64,000 nucleotides of DNA from assembly GCA_043228905.1 (NCBI GenBank), contig JBHGNT010000014.1, positions 10,168,001 through 10,232,000 on the forward strand, given 5' to 3'. Both the position numbers and the translations under genes were made by a program. Of this stretch, positions 1-11,639 are shown one piece after another. Under the pieces are notes generated by a model. It did not search any database, was not told the DNA's origin, and was given only the letters and a program-made list of their open reading frames with translations. Position 1 is the first letter of the stretch. Each line of letters starts with the position of its first letter. This stretch comes from Azolla caroliniana (taxonomy: Eukaryota > Plantae > Polypodiophyta).

Positions 1-169
1 AGCAGAGTCAACCAACAAAACGCTCCAGAACATTCTCCGCAAAATCGTCAATGAAAACCGGACGGACTAGGATACAAAGCTCCATAGCGCGCTATGGGCG
101 TACCGAACGGCATACAAAACAAGTATCCGGACAACGCCGTTCCGGTTAGCGTTCGGCTTAGAGGCGGTC

Positions 170-727
170 ATGCCGGTGGAATTTCAGGTACCAAGCTTAC
201 GGATCCAACTACGGGAACGGCTGAATGAAAAGGAGTCGGAGGAAATGCGGCTAGCAGCACTATGCGAACTGGAGGAGCAACGGCTGGCCAGCATCCTACA
301 CATGGAACTGGAGCAACGACGACGGAAAGCGTTCGTTGACCGTCACCGGAAAGGTAATGAGAAGATGTTCGAAATCGGAAAGCCGGTGCTAGTATTCCAA
401 ACGAGGATGGGCAAGATGCCGGGTAAACTCCGGTTTAGATGGACAGGCCCGTATTGGCTGACACGGGAATACAACGGGTCCTATCAGTTAGGGACACTTG
501 CCGGTGAAGTGCTAGGCAAGTGGGTCAACGGATTTAGACTAAAGCCCTATAAAGGACCGATGCCAAGTAACCCGTTTATGCAGCCCACCGGCACTATACC
601 GGGAACCTGTCCGGGAACGGTACGGATGGAAGAAAAAGACGACGGGGAACCCGTAGCAGAGGCGAAGGAAGACACGGCAACCCATAAGGAAAACGGTAAG
701 GGTCCGAAGGGACTTACGGATGTGTAA
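170..727 (+). CDS. C-terminal part of pol integrase (GPY/F-type module), family A copy 1
   Basis: KLRFRWTGPY...VNGFRLKPY; upstream frame has LHSALWAYRTAYKT with a TAG at 68-70. Confidence 0.85.
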   Translation: MPVEFQVPSLRIQLRERLNEKESEEMRLAALCELEEQRLASILHMELEQRRRKAFVDRHRKGNEKMFEIGKPVLVFQTRMGKMPGKLRFRWTGPYWLTREYNGSYQLGTLAGEVLGKWVNGFRLKPYKGPMPSNPFMQPTGTIPGTCPGTVRMEEKDDGEPVAEAKEDTATHKENGKGPKGLTDV

Positions 728-1117
728 GATCACATACCGTCATTAAAAGAAAAAAAAATAAAAATAAAAAAAAAAATAAAAAAAAAAAAATCATTAAAAA
801 TCGAGGTATGAACGGACGTGAAAGCAAGGAGCGAAAAGGTACGTAGTGGGCATTTAAGAGCCGCCACGTTACTTAATACTAAATTGGTACACGACGTGCG
901 CATGCTCGGAAAAGGCGCCAAGACGCACAGAGAAAAAACAGAACGCAGGGAGACCTTTTTTTTTCGCGAGCCAAGAAGCACAGAAGCACCAAGGCGGTGG
1001 AAGCTTAGCAAACGCGAACTTGCACTCAGAGAACCCCCACGTTCGGAACTCTCTCTCTCTCGCTCTCACTCTCATCACCACTCTACCTCGCCATCTTTCC
1101 TCGACCTCAAAGCAGAC

Positions 1118-3786
1118 ATGGACCCACAAACGTTGTCGGAAGCGGCCAAGAAATGGCTCAGGCAACACGGACTGGAGGGGTTCTTGACCATCATGGAGGC
1201 ACCACCGCACAAAGAAGCCGACCGGGTCATCAAGGAGCTCGACACAGAAGTCATCACCGAGGAAGCAATCCGTGCGCTAACAGGCCTTCCGGAGGGAGGT
1301 ATTTTTCAGATCGATAACCGAACCTCGGAGCAACTCATCCGATATTTCGGTGAGTACTCTCTAGCCGGCAAAGGCTATCGAACGCAGGGCGGCGAAGATC
1401 CGCTATTCAGTGAGATAGCTCGAGTGCTCCATGAGTACGGCCACGTGTACCCCCGACCCCCTGTCATGCCAAAAAATCGGGCAAGGATGATCATAGCCAC
1501 CTATGAAGGGATCAAGGTGGACTGGCCGGTGTTGATTGCAGACGGTTTGTGCGCGGCAATCGACATGGTACGAGGAAAGGACGCAAGGAGGGCCGGAAGC
1601 TGTGGCATGCCATAGCTCAGTGGATAACATTGCTCGTGCCGCCGGTCGAGACCGTTCAGCGAAAGAAGCGGCCAAGATTATCGGAAGGAAGCACCTCGAA
1701 GCCCGCGTCCAAACGACAGCAGCTGCTGGCGTCGAAGGCGACGAAAGGGAAGAAACGGCTCCCAGAACCGGAGGAGGTGTCACCGGTCCTACCCGTTAAG
1801 ATAACCATACGGCGACCGGGACAGAAGGAACCGGAACCCTTGACGGCACAGAAACATGCCGTTACCCAGGAAGAGGAAACGGAGGAGCCAGAAGAGCACC
1901 TCCAACGACGGTCAAGAAGTAGGACCGCCAGGACAGCGGGGGAGCGTTCGGACCCGCAAAAGGAAGAAACGCCCCCAACTCAACCTGAGCAAACCGCAAG
2001 GGAGGAACCGGAACCGGTGCGTATAGAACCGGACTTGTCGACTTCTATTCAAGAAGTCATTCCAACGGCTCCGGACACGGCGAGAACCGGAACTCAACAG
2101 CCGGCGAGCCCAGCCAGCACACACAGCGGCCAAGGAGTAGAACCAGAACGGCAGATACAGGCACTCAGGCCAGACAATTCCACAGTGAACGAGCCGACCC
2201 GACCAGTACAGCAGCAAGGCACCAGTAGCATGTGGCTACGGTGGGTAGGCGAGCAGATCGCCGGAGCGGTCGAGTACATAGAGGCGGAGGAGAGAGCGCA
2301 CCACGAACGGTTGCTCGTCACAACCGTAGATCTAGAGACGGCCCGGTCCAGAATCCGGAGCCTTGAACAAGACTTGGACAGGGTCACAAGGGAAATGGCT
2401 CAATTGGCTTTGACAACACAAGTCCAAGCACCGGTGACTCCGGGCAATGTACAGAATAAAGCGTCAGATCAACCTGTACATAGCAATCAGACCCCGGCAA
2501 CGGAAACCGTTCCGGAGAGAAATGCGGCACAAGCCCAAGAGCTTGCGGACTTAAAGGATGAGCTAGCTGCCCAAGAAGCGTTGAGGAGCCGCGAAAGAGA
2601 GTTGAAGACGGCAGCGGAGGCAGAACTTAAAAAGACTGCTGAGAATCTACGCCGGGCCGAGGAGAGCTTACGAAAAGGCCAGCAAGCGTACGACCGGCTC
2701 AAGGAGGAGAAGGAGAAAATGCTACAAGAGAAGGAGAGGCTCCAGAGAAACGCCGAAACAGAAGTAGAGCGCCTGAAAGAGGAACTCCGGCAGCTAAAGG
2801 ACCGGGAGGACCGGAACCATCGCCAGATCAACGGCAAGCTCAAACAAAAAACGGAGGAATTTGAGCACTTGCACCGGGAGTATAAACGGTTGCAAACGGA
2901 GCACAAGGAACGGACGGATGAGCTCCGGCAAGCAGTTGATCGGACCGCAACGGCATACGCTAATGAACAAGCGGAAACCAGAAGACGGTTGGAAGAGGCG
3001 GAGAAGGTTCGGACAGAGCTCCTCAGGCAACAGCAGGCGGAAAAAGAAAGAGCGGCGGAGGTACTGCAGAGGCTGCAAACAACATATCAAGGGCAGCTGA
3101 CGCGCTACAGAGAGCAGGCGGAGGATACGGCTAATCTCATCAAGCAGTTGAAGGAGGAACGACAAGTTGTGGAAAGTAGAGCGCAAATGGGAGCAAGTCG
3201 CATCCAGGATATCATGCGGGCCTGGTTGAACCAGACCAAGAGCTTGATTGACAACGGTTCCGTCAAATGGTGGACCAAGTGGGCCACGAACGCGGCGGAA
3301 CTCCAATTGCTCCGGGCCGACGTAGAGAACCGGCGGAAGGAGGGAGATGATTGCTATATGCTGACTTCCGAAGACTTCACCGGCATAAGAGATGAGCTGG
3401 CCGAAGACTTTCAAGCCTTGGCAGAGGACCAACTAGGGCAAGTCCGGCAACTTGTAGCTCAGCTGGACGACGACAGGCTGGAGGCGCAGATCCAGTTTGA
3501 AAGCAACGAGAGGTCCCGGATCCGGGAAGAGAAAGCACGAGAACCGGTTACGGTCAACCTCAGTGATGAGGAACCGTTACTGGAAGGAGACCGGACCGGA
3601 AGCAGTCAAACGGAGATGCCGGAGTCAGAGAAACAAACGGAGCAGCCGCCTATAGAGCAACCGGAGCAGTCTCAGTCCCAACCGCAACCACAGCAGCAGC
3701 AGCAAGCACAGCCGCAACAACCACAACCGGAAGAACAATTGAAAACTCTGGAACAAAGTATTTTGGACAATTTGGGTGAACAATGA
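1118..3786 (+). pseudogene. Extra ORF3 of family A (about 890 aa): N-terminal globular domain, long coiled coil, Q/P-rich tail; 1-nt frameshift near 1583
   Basis: ORFs 818..1615 and 1549..3786 join into the single frame seen in copy 2; shared start MDPQTLSEAAK. Confidence 0.8.
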
Positions 3787-3838
3787 AGGGGCCGAGAAGG
3801 GTTCGACGTACAAGGTACTGTCCCACGGGCGTGCCATG

Positions 3839-4257
3839 TGTTACCGGCCGGCAAGGAGTCCAAAATACGGAGTGAAGGAATTAATTAAGTATGGTTGTAA
3901 ATAAGCATAGTGTGGACGGACGGACTGGAAACGGTATGCCGTTCCAGATCCGGACGGATCCCGAATAGGTGCAATAGGCACCGTTTTGTACTACGGGCCG
4001 GAAACCTATTTAAAGGCCCGGACCCCATTGTAATCGCAGCGGATAATTAATAGAGCGTATGGTGTTTATACTTCTGTGTTGATTTCCGTTCTGTAATTAC
4101 TGTTATATCTTACGCGTGTAATTAACAAAAGCGCTCTAATCGTGTAACCTACTTAAGTCGGTGTAATCGTTGAGTCATAATCCTATGCCGTAATCACCCT
4201 TTGGTGAAGTGTCTCCGTGACACCTTGTGTTAGGCCTTGTCTGGTCAGAGAATAACA
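3839..4257 (+). repeat. 3' LTR of family A copy 1 (419 bp)
   Basis: TGTTA...TAACA termini; similar along its length to 30604-31037. Confidence 0.88.
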
Positions 4258-4604
4258 CAACATATAAGGGAGACGGCTACAACCGAGCTCCTTAGACAGT
4301 GGGCTAGCACACACTGTTACTCACGCCTACACTCTTACGACTATGCTACGCCACCAAGGATTACAGACACACAGTAGATTAACCACAAATATGCACAGAT
4401 ATCAGAGAAGATAGAACTCTATTAAGATACACCTTTTACATTCTTAATTACACGCTACCTCCATCAGAGGTTTTCTGCCCTTTATATACGCAGGGTCTTT
4501 TAGCCGTTCACGCTTCCCGCATGAACTGTTTACATGCGTTACAATATTACTCTATTCCATATTACTGCGCTCTTGTCCATTTGTTACTATTCCGGCGGAC
4601 AACA
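4258..4604. repeat. Probable terminal fragment of an unrelated LTR, inserted in the Copia LTR
   Basis: Ends ...GGACAACA exactly where Copia LTR homology resumes; no ORF. Confidence 0.4.
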
Positions 4605-5088
4605 CTTTGTATACAACAATACTACAACAACTCACAATAATCACATCACGATGTATGTGGTTGCCCTAAGTCATATTTATACTCATGTGACTTTAGGGCT
4701 ATTTACAAATATAGCCTCAATGGGCTTCCTCTAACATATTTACAAATATGTCCTTGGATCCGGTTTGCACCAGATCCATCCGGATTCACTCGATCCGGTT
4801 TCGGGGTCTCATCCTTAACCCTTCTGGATCCGATTCTTTCATTCGGCTCATCCAATCCGGATCCTCCGGTTCTCATTCGGATCTGATCCAGAGGGACCGA
4901 ATTCCCAACAAACTCCCCCTTCACTCTAGCATGGGATTTCTCGTTAATCTGATATGTCTTCTACACGCTTCCAGCTTGTCGGTTGAAAGCACCTTGGTTA
5001 GCATATCTGATCTGTTCTCCTTCATGTGGATCTTCGTCAACACGAAGTCTTGATCTTCTACCTTCTCCCGGAGCCAGTGATATCTCCT

Positions 5089-8000
5089 CTAGATGTGCTT
5101 CGTTCGGGAATGGTAGGCCACATTTTTCGCAAGGTGGATGGCACTTTGAATGTCACAGTAGAGCCAGTATTCCTCCTGTCGGACCCCTAGCTCTCCGCTA
5201 AAGTCCTTCATCCAGATTACTTCCTTGTCGGCTTCCACAACTACCATATACTCCGCTTCTGTTGTTGACAACGCAACGGACTTTTGCAGCCTCGACTGCC
5301 ACGATACGGCTCCCCCTAGATAAGTCATCACATATCCGGCTGTAGACCGGCTAGTATCCGCATCAACCGACATATCCGAATCCGTGAATCCGTCAAGTTG
5401 GGGTTTACCGGAGCCAAACCGGAGGCACATACTCGAGGTGCCTTTCAGATACCAGAGTATCCACTTGACCGCGTTCCGGTGCTCTCTTCCCAGATTGCTC
5501 ATGAACCGGCTGACTACTCCGACAACGTATGCAATATCTGTCCGGGTGCACACCATTGGATAAATTACGCATTCGACGGTAGAGGCATATGGCATCTTCG
5601 TCATATCCGACTTCTCTGCCTTCTTCTTCGGGCTTTGTTTTCTGGATAGCTTCCAATTTGCTGAGAGTGTCGATCCGACTGGTTTTGCATCCAACATGTT
5701 GAACCGCTGAAGCACCTTTGTCACGTACTTCTCCTGTGACAACCACAATAGCTTCTCCGACCGGTCCCAGATGATGTGCATCCCCAAAATCTGTTTTGCC
5801 GAACCCAAGTCTTTCATTGAGAAAGTCCAATTTAGGGCCTTCTTCAGCATTCGTATCTTGACTTGGTCTCGTCTGATGATCAACATGTCATCCACGTACA
5901 AGAGAAATATCAGGAAATCTCCTTCGTCAAATTTCTTCACAAACACACAGTGATCGGCTTGCGTCTTGTGGTACCCTTGATCCGTCATGAAGGAGTCGAA
6001 CTTCTGGTACCATTGCGGGGGGGCTTGCTTCAATCCGTATGAGCACTTCTTCAGCTGACACACCAGGTGCTCCTTCCCTTTCTTCTCAAATCCTTTCAAT
6101 TAACACATGTAGATCTCTTCTTCGAGGTCGCCATGTACGAATGCCGTCTTGACATCCAGTTGCTCTACCTCGAGGTCCATGCTTGCCTCTATGCTCAATA
6201 CCGTCTGGATGGATGTCATCTTTACTACCGGGGCAAAGATCTCATCGAAATCCAAACCTTTCTTCTGTTGCAAACCCTTCACCACGATTCGGGCCTTGTA
6301 CCTCGGTGGATTTCCGACGTCTCCCGGTTTCATCTTGTACACCCACTTGTTCTGGAGTGCCCTGTTTCCTATCGGCAGCTCCGTCAATTCATATGTGTGG
6401 TTCTCATGCAGGGAATCCATCTCATCCTGCATGGCACTCAACCACTTGTTGTTGTGGGTGTCTCTCTTTTCTTCTTCAAAGCTTTCCGACTCCCCCTCAT
6501 CTGTCAGCAATACGTGCTCCGCATCCGGAAATCTCCGGGGGGCTTTTCTCTCCCTTAGCGAATACCTCCGTCCTTGGCTTTCAACAACCGGTTCTTCCAT
6601 CTTTTCCTCATCTGAATCTATTTTGGGGTCTTGTCCGGTTCCGGTTTGAGCTTCCTCTTCTTCTTCTTTGGTCAGTTCGGTTTCTGCTCCGAATCCGGCC
6701 GGTTCTTCGAGTGTCATCCGGCTTCCGGCCGGATGAGTCCTCAAGTCCTTCAACTAATCTTTGCCTCAAGTCCTCCATACTCTCTGTCGTGTATCTCCGT
6801 CCAAGGGTGTTGAGGGTGATTTGTTTATCACATACGTCGTCGTCATTAATGCATCTGCCCAAAACGTCTTAGGTAACTTTGCATGTGCTAGCATGCTTCC
6901 GACTCTCTCCATTATGGTCTGGATCATCCGTTCGGCCAACCATTCAATTCCGGCATCCTCTCGCGTGGAGTTGCTTGAAGACAAACACCACCTGATCCTT
7001 TGTCTTCAACGGTGAGACCCACAACTTCCGGTTGTGTTCATCTATGAACGTCACGAGGTACTACGATCCGGCATGTGACTTTGTGTCCACTTGACACACA
7101 CTGGTATGCACCAGCTCCAATGGTGCATTTCGTCTCATCAGTGTTCTTGACCGAAAGAAGGTTCGGTTTTGCTTGCCAGCCAGGTAATCGATGCAGTTAT
7201 CAAGATGCACGTCTTTCACCTCCAAAATGAGGTTATCTTCGACAAGTCTTCTCATGCCCTTCTGGCTCATGTGACACAACCTCTTGTGCCTCAACTCACA
7301 GGCAGTGTCGGATGCTACGTTCACTTCTTGCCGGTATATCCGGGCATGCATTAGATGTAGCGTGTTGATCTTCCGGGCTCGAGCCACAATCAAGCTTCCT
7401 TTGTTGTATTTCATGACTCCGTTCCAGATGCTACCTATGTAGCCTTCATCATCTAGCCGACCGGCTGATATCAAGTTCAAACGAACCTCCGGAACGTGTC
7501 AGACATCTTTCAGTAGCAATTTGCATCCGGTTGATGTCGTCAACAATACATCTCTTATGCTGAAAATTCGACATGTACCTTCATTCCCCATCCGGACACA
7601 ACCGTGATCTTCGGCTATGTAGGATGAGAAAATATTTCCGGTCTGGTGTCAGATGGAACGATGCTCCAGAATCGACAACCCACGTTGTCTCGTCGCTGAC
7701 AAGGTTTAACTCATTCTCCTCGGTAATGAGCATCAGTTTTTCTTCACTTGTCACGATCGCCGATGTTCCCTTCCAATCCGAACCTCTCCGGTCCGAACTC
7801 TTCTTCGGATCTGTGGTGTCAGCCCCTTTCTCTTTTCGGAAATGCCGACAATTCTTCTAGAAGTGCCTCGGCTTCCCATAGTAGAAGCAAGTAGGCTTCA
7901 CCCTTGACTTTGACCTCGTCCCTAATTGGTCCCGGTTTTGGGGAGTCCAATACCGGCCTCTTCCCTGGTTATGGTCATCTTCCGTGACCAAGGCCTTCGG

Positions 8001-8588
8001 ATTAATTCCGAACTCCAGGTCCTTCCGGCGAGCTTCTTCATCTAGCAAGCTTGATTTTACCCTTGCTAGGGACAACTGCTTTCCTTCTGGCCCGGCGTTG
8101 CCCAAAGTGACAACTAGTGTGTCCCAACTATCCGGGAGGGAACCGAGCAGGAGCAATGCAAGTACCTTGTCGGCTAGAATTACTTCAAGCGAAGTTGTTT
8201 GGTTTATGAGCCCCTGAAATGTGTGCATGTGCTCCGCCATGCTAGATCCATCCTAGTACCGAAGTCTCACTAACTTCCGGAATACCGAAACCCGATTTAC
8301 GACGATTTTACTCTCCAGCATGGTGCCAATTTTCTCCCAGAGCACATGAGCTTTGCTTTCTTCATTGAAGTTGTTATATAGGCTCATGTCAATGAAGCAC
8401 CGGATGTACTCCGTTGTCTTCATGTGCATCACCTCCCATGTCATGGCATCAATCTTGTCTGGTTTCTTGTCCCAGAACTGTACCGACAACCAAAGATCTT
8501 TAACTAAGAGCATGTCCCTCATCTTGGACTTCCACACTTGGTAGTTGGAGACGGTGAGCTTGAACATGCCGGGGAATGATTCTTCCAT
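5089..8588 (-). pseudogene. Copia gag-pol (Gag, zinc knuckle, protease, GAG-pre-integrase, partly deleted integrase, RT, RNase H), many stops
   Basis: WVVDSGASFH, QLDVKTAF, YGLKQAP, LLYVDDMLI, ALSTTEAEY, HSRTKHI motifs in Copia order. Confidence 0.92.
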
Positions 8589-11365
8589 TTCCTTTGTTCG
8601 CTTTGATAGCAGTTTGTGTGGAAATAATGTTCGGCTAAAACCGAGTCTTCAACAAGGAATAAAACAGAACAAATTAAAAAACCGAGATGACACAGGATGT
8701 TTAGGTGGAAAACCCTAAATGGGAAAAACCACGGGAGCCCACAGACTCCAACTATAAGTATGAGGGGAGGAATACAATGTGAGACTCAAAGGCAACGACC
8801 TCGAGCTCTATGTCTTCGCCAGCCAGCGGTTGCAACAGAAACTAGTTCTATCTCTCCCTCTCTCTCGGTCTCTGTATACAACAACTCTACAACACCTCAC
8901 AATAATCACATCACGATCTATGTGGTTGCCCTAAGTCATATTTATACTCATATGACTTTAGGTCTATTTACAAATATAGCCTCAATGGGCTTACTCTAAC
9001 ATATTTACAAATATGTCCTTGGATCCGTTGTCGCGTTATTACGCGCGTGCGTGTAGAAGGGCAGGACCACGGGGTTCTCAGACGAGGGAAGAAGGGAAGC
9101 CGAGAAGAAGATTACAAACGCGTTCAAGAAGCAACCGAACGGGAGAGAGAAAGAGAGAGTGTGTGTGCTTGACACCGACTCACACCCACACACACACACC
9201 ACGCCGACCCAACTCACGCCCTTATGTACAGAAACGGAGGTAAGGGAACACCAAAACACCCACACAAACACCGATACGCAGAACCCTCCATGCATATATT
9301 ACAAGACTAAGATCCAATACTCGTATCGAGCCCGACCTAAGTAGCTTACGTTACAACCGTCGTCTACTCCCAAGCCGCCGTTCGGGGAGCTCTTGGGCTT
9401 GTCATGCCGAGCGGGGCCTTGCACAGAGAACGGGCAGAAAACAAGAACGCGAGATGCCAAGGCTCGATACTCAGAACGACAAAGAGGAAGAAGCAGAGGC
9501 AAGAAGAAGAAAAACGAAACCCTAAACAAGAGGAAGGGAAAGAGAAAGAGAGGACGTCTCTTAATCTAACGGTATACCCTACTAATACAAAATGGGCAAC
9601 CCCTTCACCAAGGGCACTCCCTTCCTTTTATAGAATAAGGAGAGGGATCCGTAGCATCGTGGGATAAATTCCTTATTACATGGGATTCTTGTCCCGACTT
9701 GATTACTCTTCGGCGCCATAAAGGCTCCCTCGTTATTCACACTAAATGTACAAGGGTGAGCGCACATGTTGCACCCCGCCGATGTAGCCAATATTTCCCG
9801 GTTTCTGCCTCTGGCCGAAATTCTTCAAGACATCTGCCCCCACCAAACCGCACGTCCACCAGTACGTGCCAAATCCGGTGAAGGGTGAGAGATTTCGGCC
9901 GGTGAGAAACCGGTCTTCCGTAATCCGCATCCCAGCTCGTTGCCGGTTTGAATCATCGGCTTCAGTTCTTCCCTCGCGCTTACCTCCCCGTAGGCTCCTT
10001 CGACACGTCGATGGGTCCTTCGCCGTGATCTCCATAGTACGCGTACTTCCGCTGGCCCTTGTTCGACCGTATGCACATTTTGTTCTCCACCGCATGCCGT
10101 CATCCCCTCGCCCCCACCAGCTTGTCATTCTGGGCTTGCCGTGTCAGTCTTCGCTACTCTGACTGAGCTGCCGAGATCTACAAAGCGAGTGTGGAGGATC
10201 CTTCTTCGAACTCCCTTGTCATCCCTTGTCTCCGACCCTGGGCAGTCCACTATGCACCCGTCACCTCGTTCCCGGCACCTCCCTTGTGTCGTCTTCCGCT
10301 TCCTTTGTTCGGCACCGCCCGTGCCGAACACCGTCCCGTAGTCACGCTTCGATCCGGCCCACGATGGCCACTTGCGAGACTCTTGTTCCGTCCCAGGTGT
10401 GCCTTTCCAGCCCGACACACCTCCCCGTGTTTGCCCCTACCAGCTCCTTCCGAAAACATAACCGGTCGGTAAGGGTTTCGCACTTCGTCCGCCCCCGTCT
10501 TACCGACTCCCGATCTGCTATCTTGTGTCTCCGGGTCCCGTTTCCCGCCGCCACCAACCTTCTCTCTCGGTCTCATGTTGCCACGTTGGCCGAACAGCCG
10601 GAGTCTTCGGACCGGACTCCGTTTCTCTACTTGCCGAAATTCGGGTGTCTTTTGTTTGAGTCTCTCCCGGACTCTCCTCGTGTCTTCCGCGTAGTCTGGT
10701 CCCGTTTCCTGCCGCCACCAGTCTTCTCTTGAGGTCTCACGTTGCCACGCTGGCCGAACTGCCGGAGTCTCCGATCTGGTGTGGGGATCCCGTAGGACCA
10801 GACTTCCTTATGCCCGTTGTCGTGAAGAATTTCGGCCAGAGGTGGAAACCGGGAAACATTGGCTACATCGGCGGGGTGCAGCGTGTGTACGCACCCGTGT
10901 ACATTTGGTGTGAATATCGAGGGCGCCTTTATGGCGCCGAAGAGTAGTCAATTTGGGACAGACGATCCCATGGAAGTCGGGATTAGTCCCACATTGTAAC
11001 GCATCCCTCTCCTTGTTCTATAAAAGGGAGGGAACGCCCTTTGTGAAAGGGTTGCCCATTTTGGATTAGAGGGTATACCGATAGGTTTAGGGTTAGGGTT
11101 CTTCTGCTTCTTCTTCTTCCCCTTCGTGTTCGTTTAGGGTTGGTTGTAGCTTATCTCTTGTGCAAGACCCCACTCGGCGCGACGAGCCCGAGAGCTCCCC
11201 GACGACGGCTTGACAGCAGACGACTGTTGTAAACTATCTTGGTCCGGATCGAAGCCGGGAGTGTATTCTTCTTATATATATATATACATATGCGTTTGCG
11301 TCTGTCTGTGTATATCGGCGTCTTGTTGGTGTTGGGTGCTCCCCTTTTTCCCTGCGTTTCCTGTA

Positions 11366-11368
<3 letters not shown>

Positions 11369-11409
<41 letters not shown>

Positions 11410-11426
11410 CATGAGTCGGTGTTAAG

Positions 11427-11469
<43 letters not shown>
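11369..11469. repeat. (TG)n(CG)n and (CT)n microsatellites inside the W2 LTR; second copy about 15690-15782
   Basis: Directly visible; tract lengths differ between the two LTRs. Confidence 0.95.
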
Positions 11470-11472
<3 letters not shown>

Positions 11473-11606
11473 TCGGTTGCTTCCGGTGTGTTTCTGAGAT
11501 GCCCCAGAAGCAGTGAAGCACGACGTCTTACGCTCCATCCCTCTCTAGTCCAAGACCCCTGTGGTCCCGCCTTTCTCCACGCACGCACGTAATAACGCGA
11601 CATCTT

Positions 11607-11623
11607 TGGTGAACCCGACGTGA
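11607..11623 (+). promoter_or_regulatory. Primer binding site complementary to tRNA-Trp 3' end
   Basis: TGGTGAACCCGACGTGA 4 nt after the LTR; one base different from the avian leukosis virus Trp PBS TGGTGACCCCGACGTGA. Confidence 0.8.
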
Positions 11624-11639
11624 AAGGAGGCAAGGGAGG

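Larger units (their letters stand above)
1..4257 (+). mobile_element. Ty3/Gypsy LTR retrotransposon, family A copy 1 (5' part outside the window)
   Basis: Integrase C-terminus nearly identical to pol of 21114-31037, followed by an extra ORF and a TGTTA...TAACA LTR homologous to the family A LTRs. Confidence 0.92.

Noticed and set aside
1549-3786. ORF3 as an envelope gene or host myosin/SMC-like gene
   Set aside because: No hydrophobic signal or TM segment; lies inside the LTR boundaries in both copies; coiled-coil similarity is non-specific
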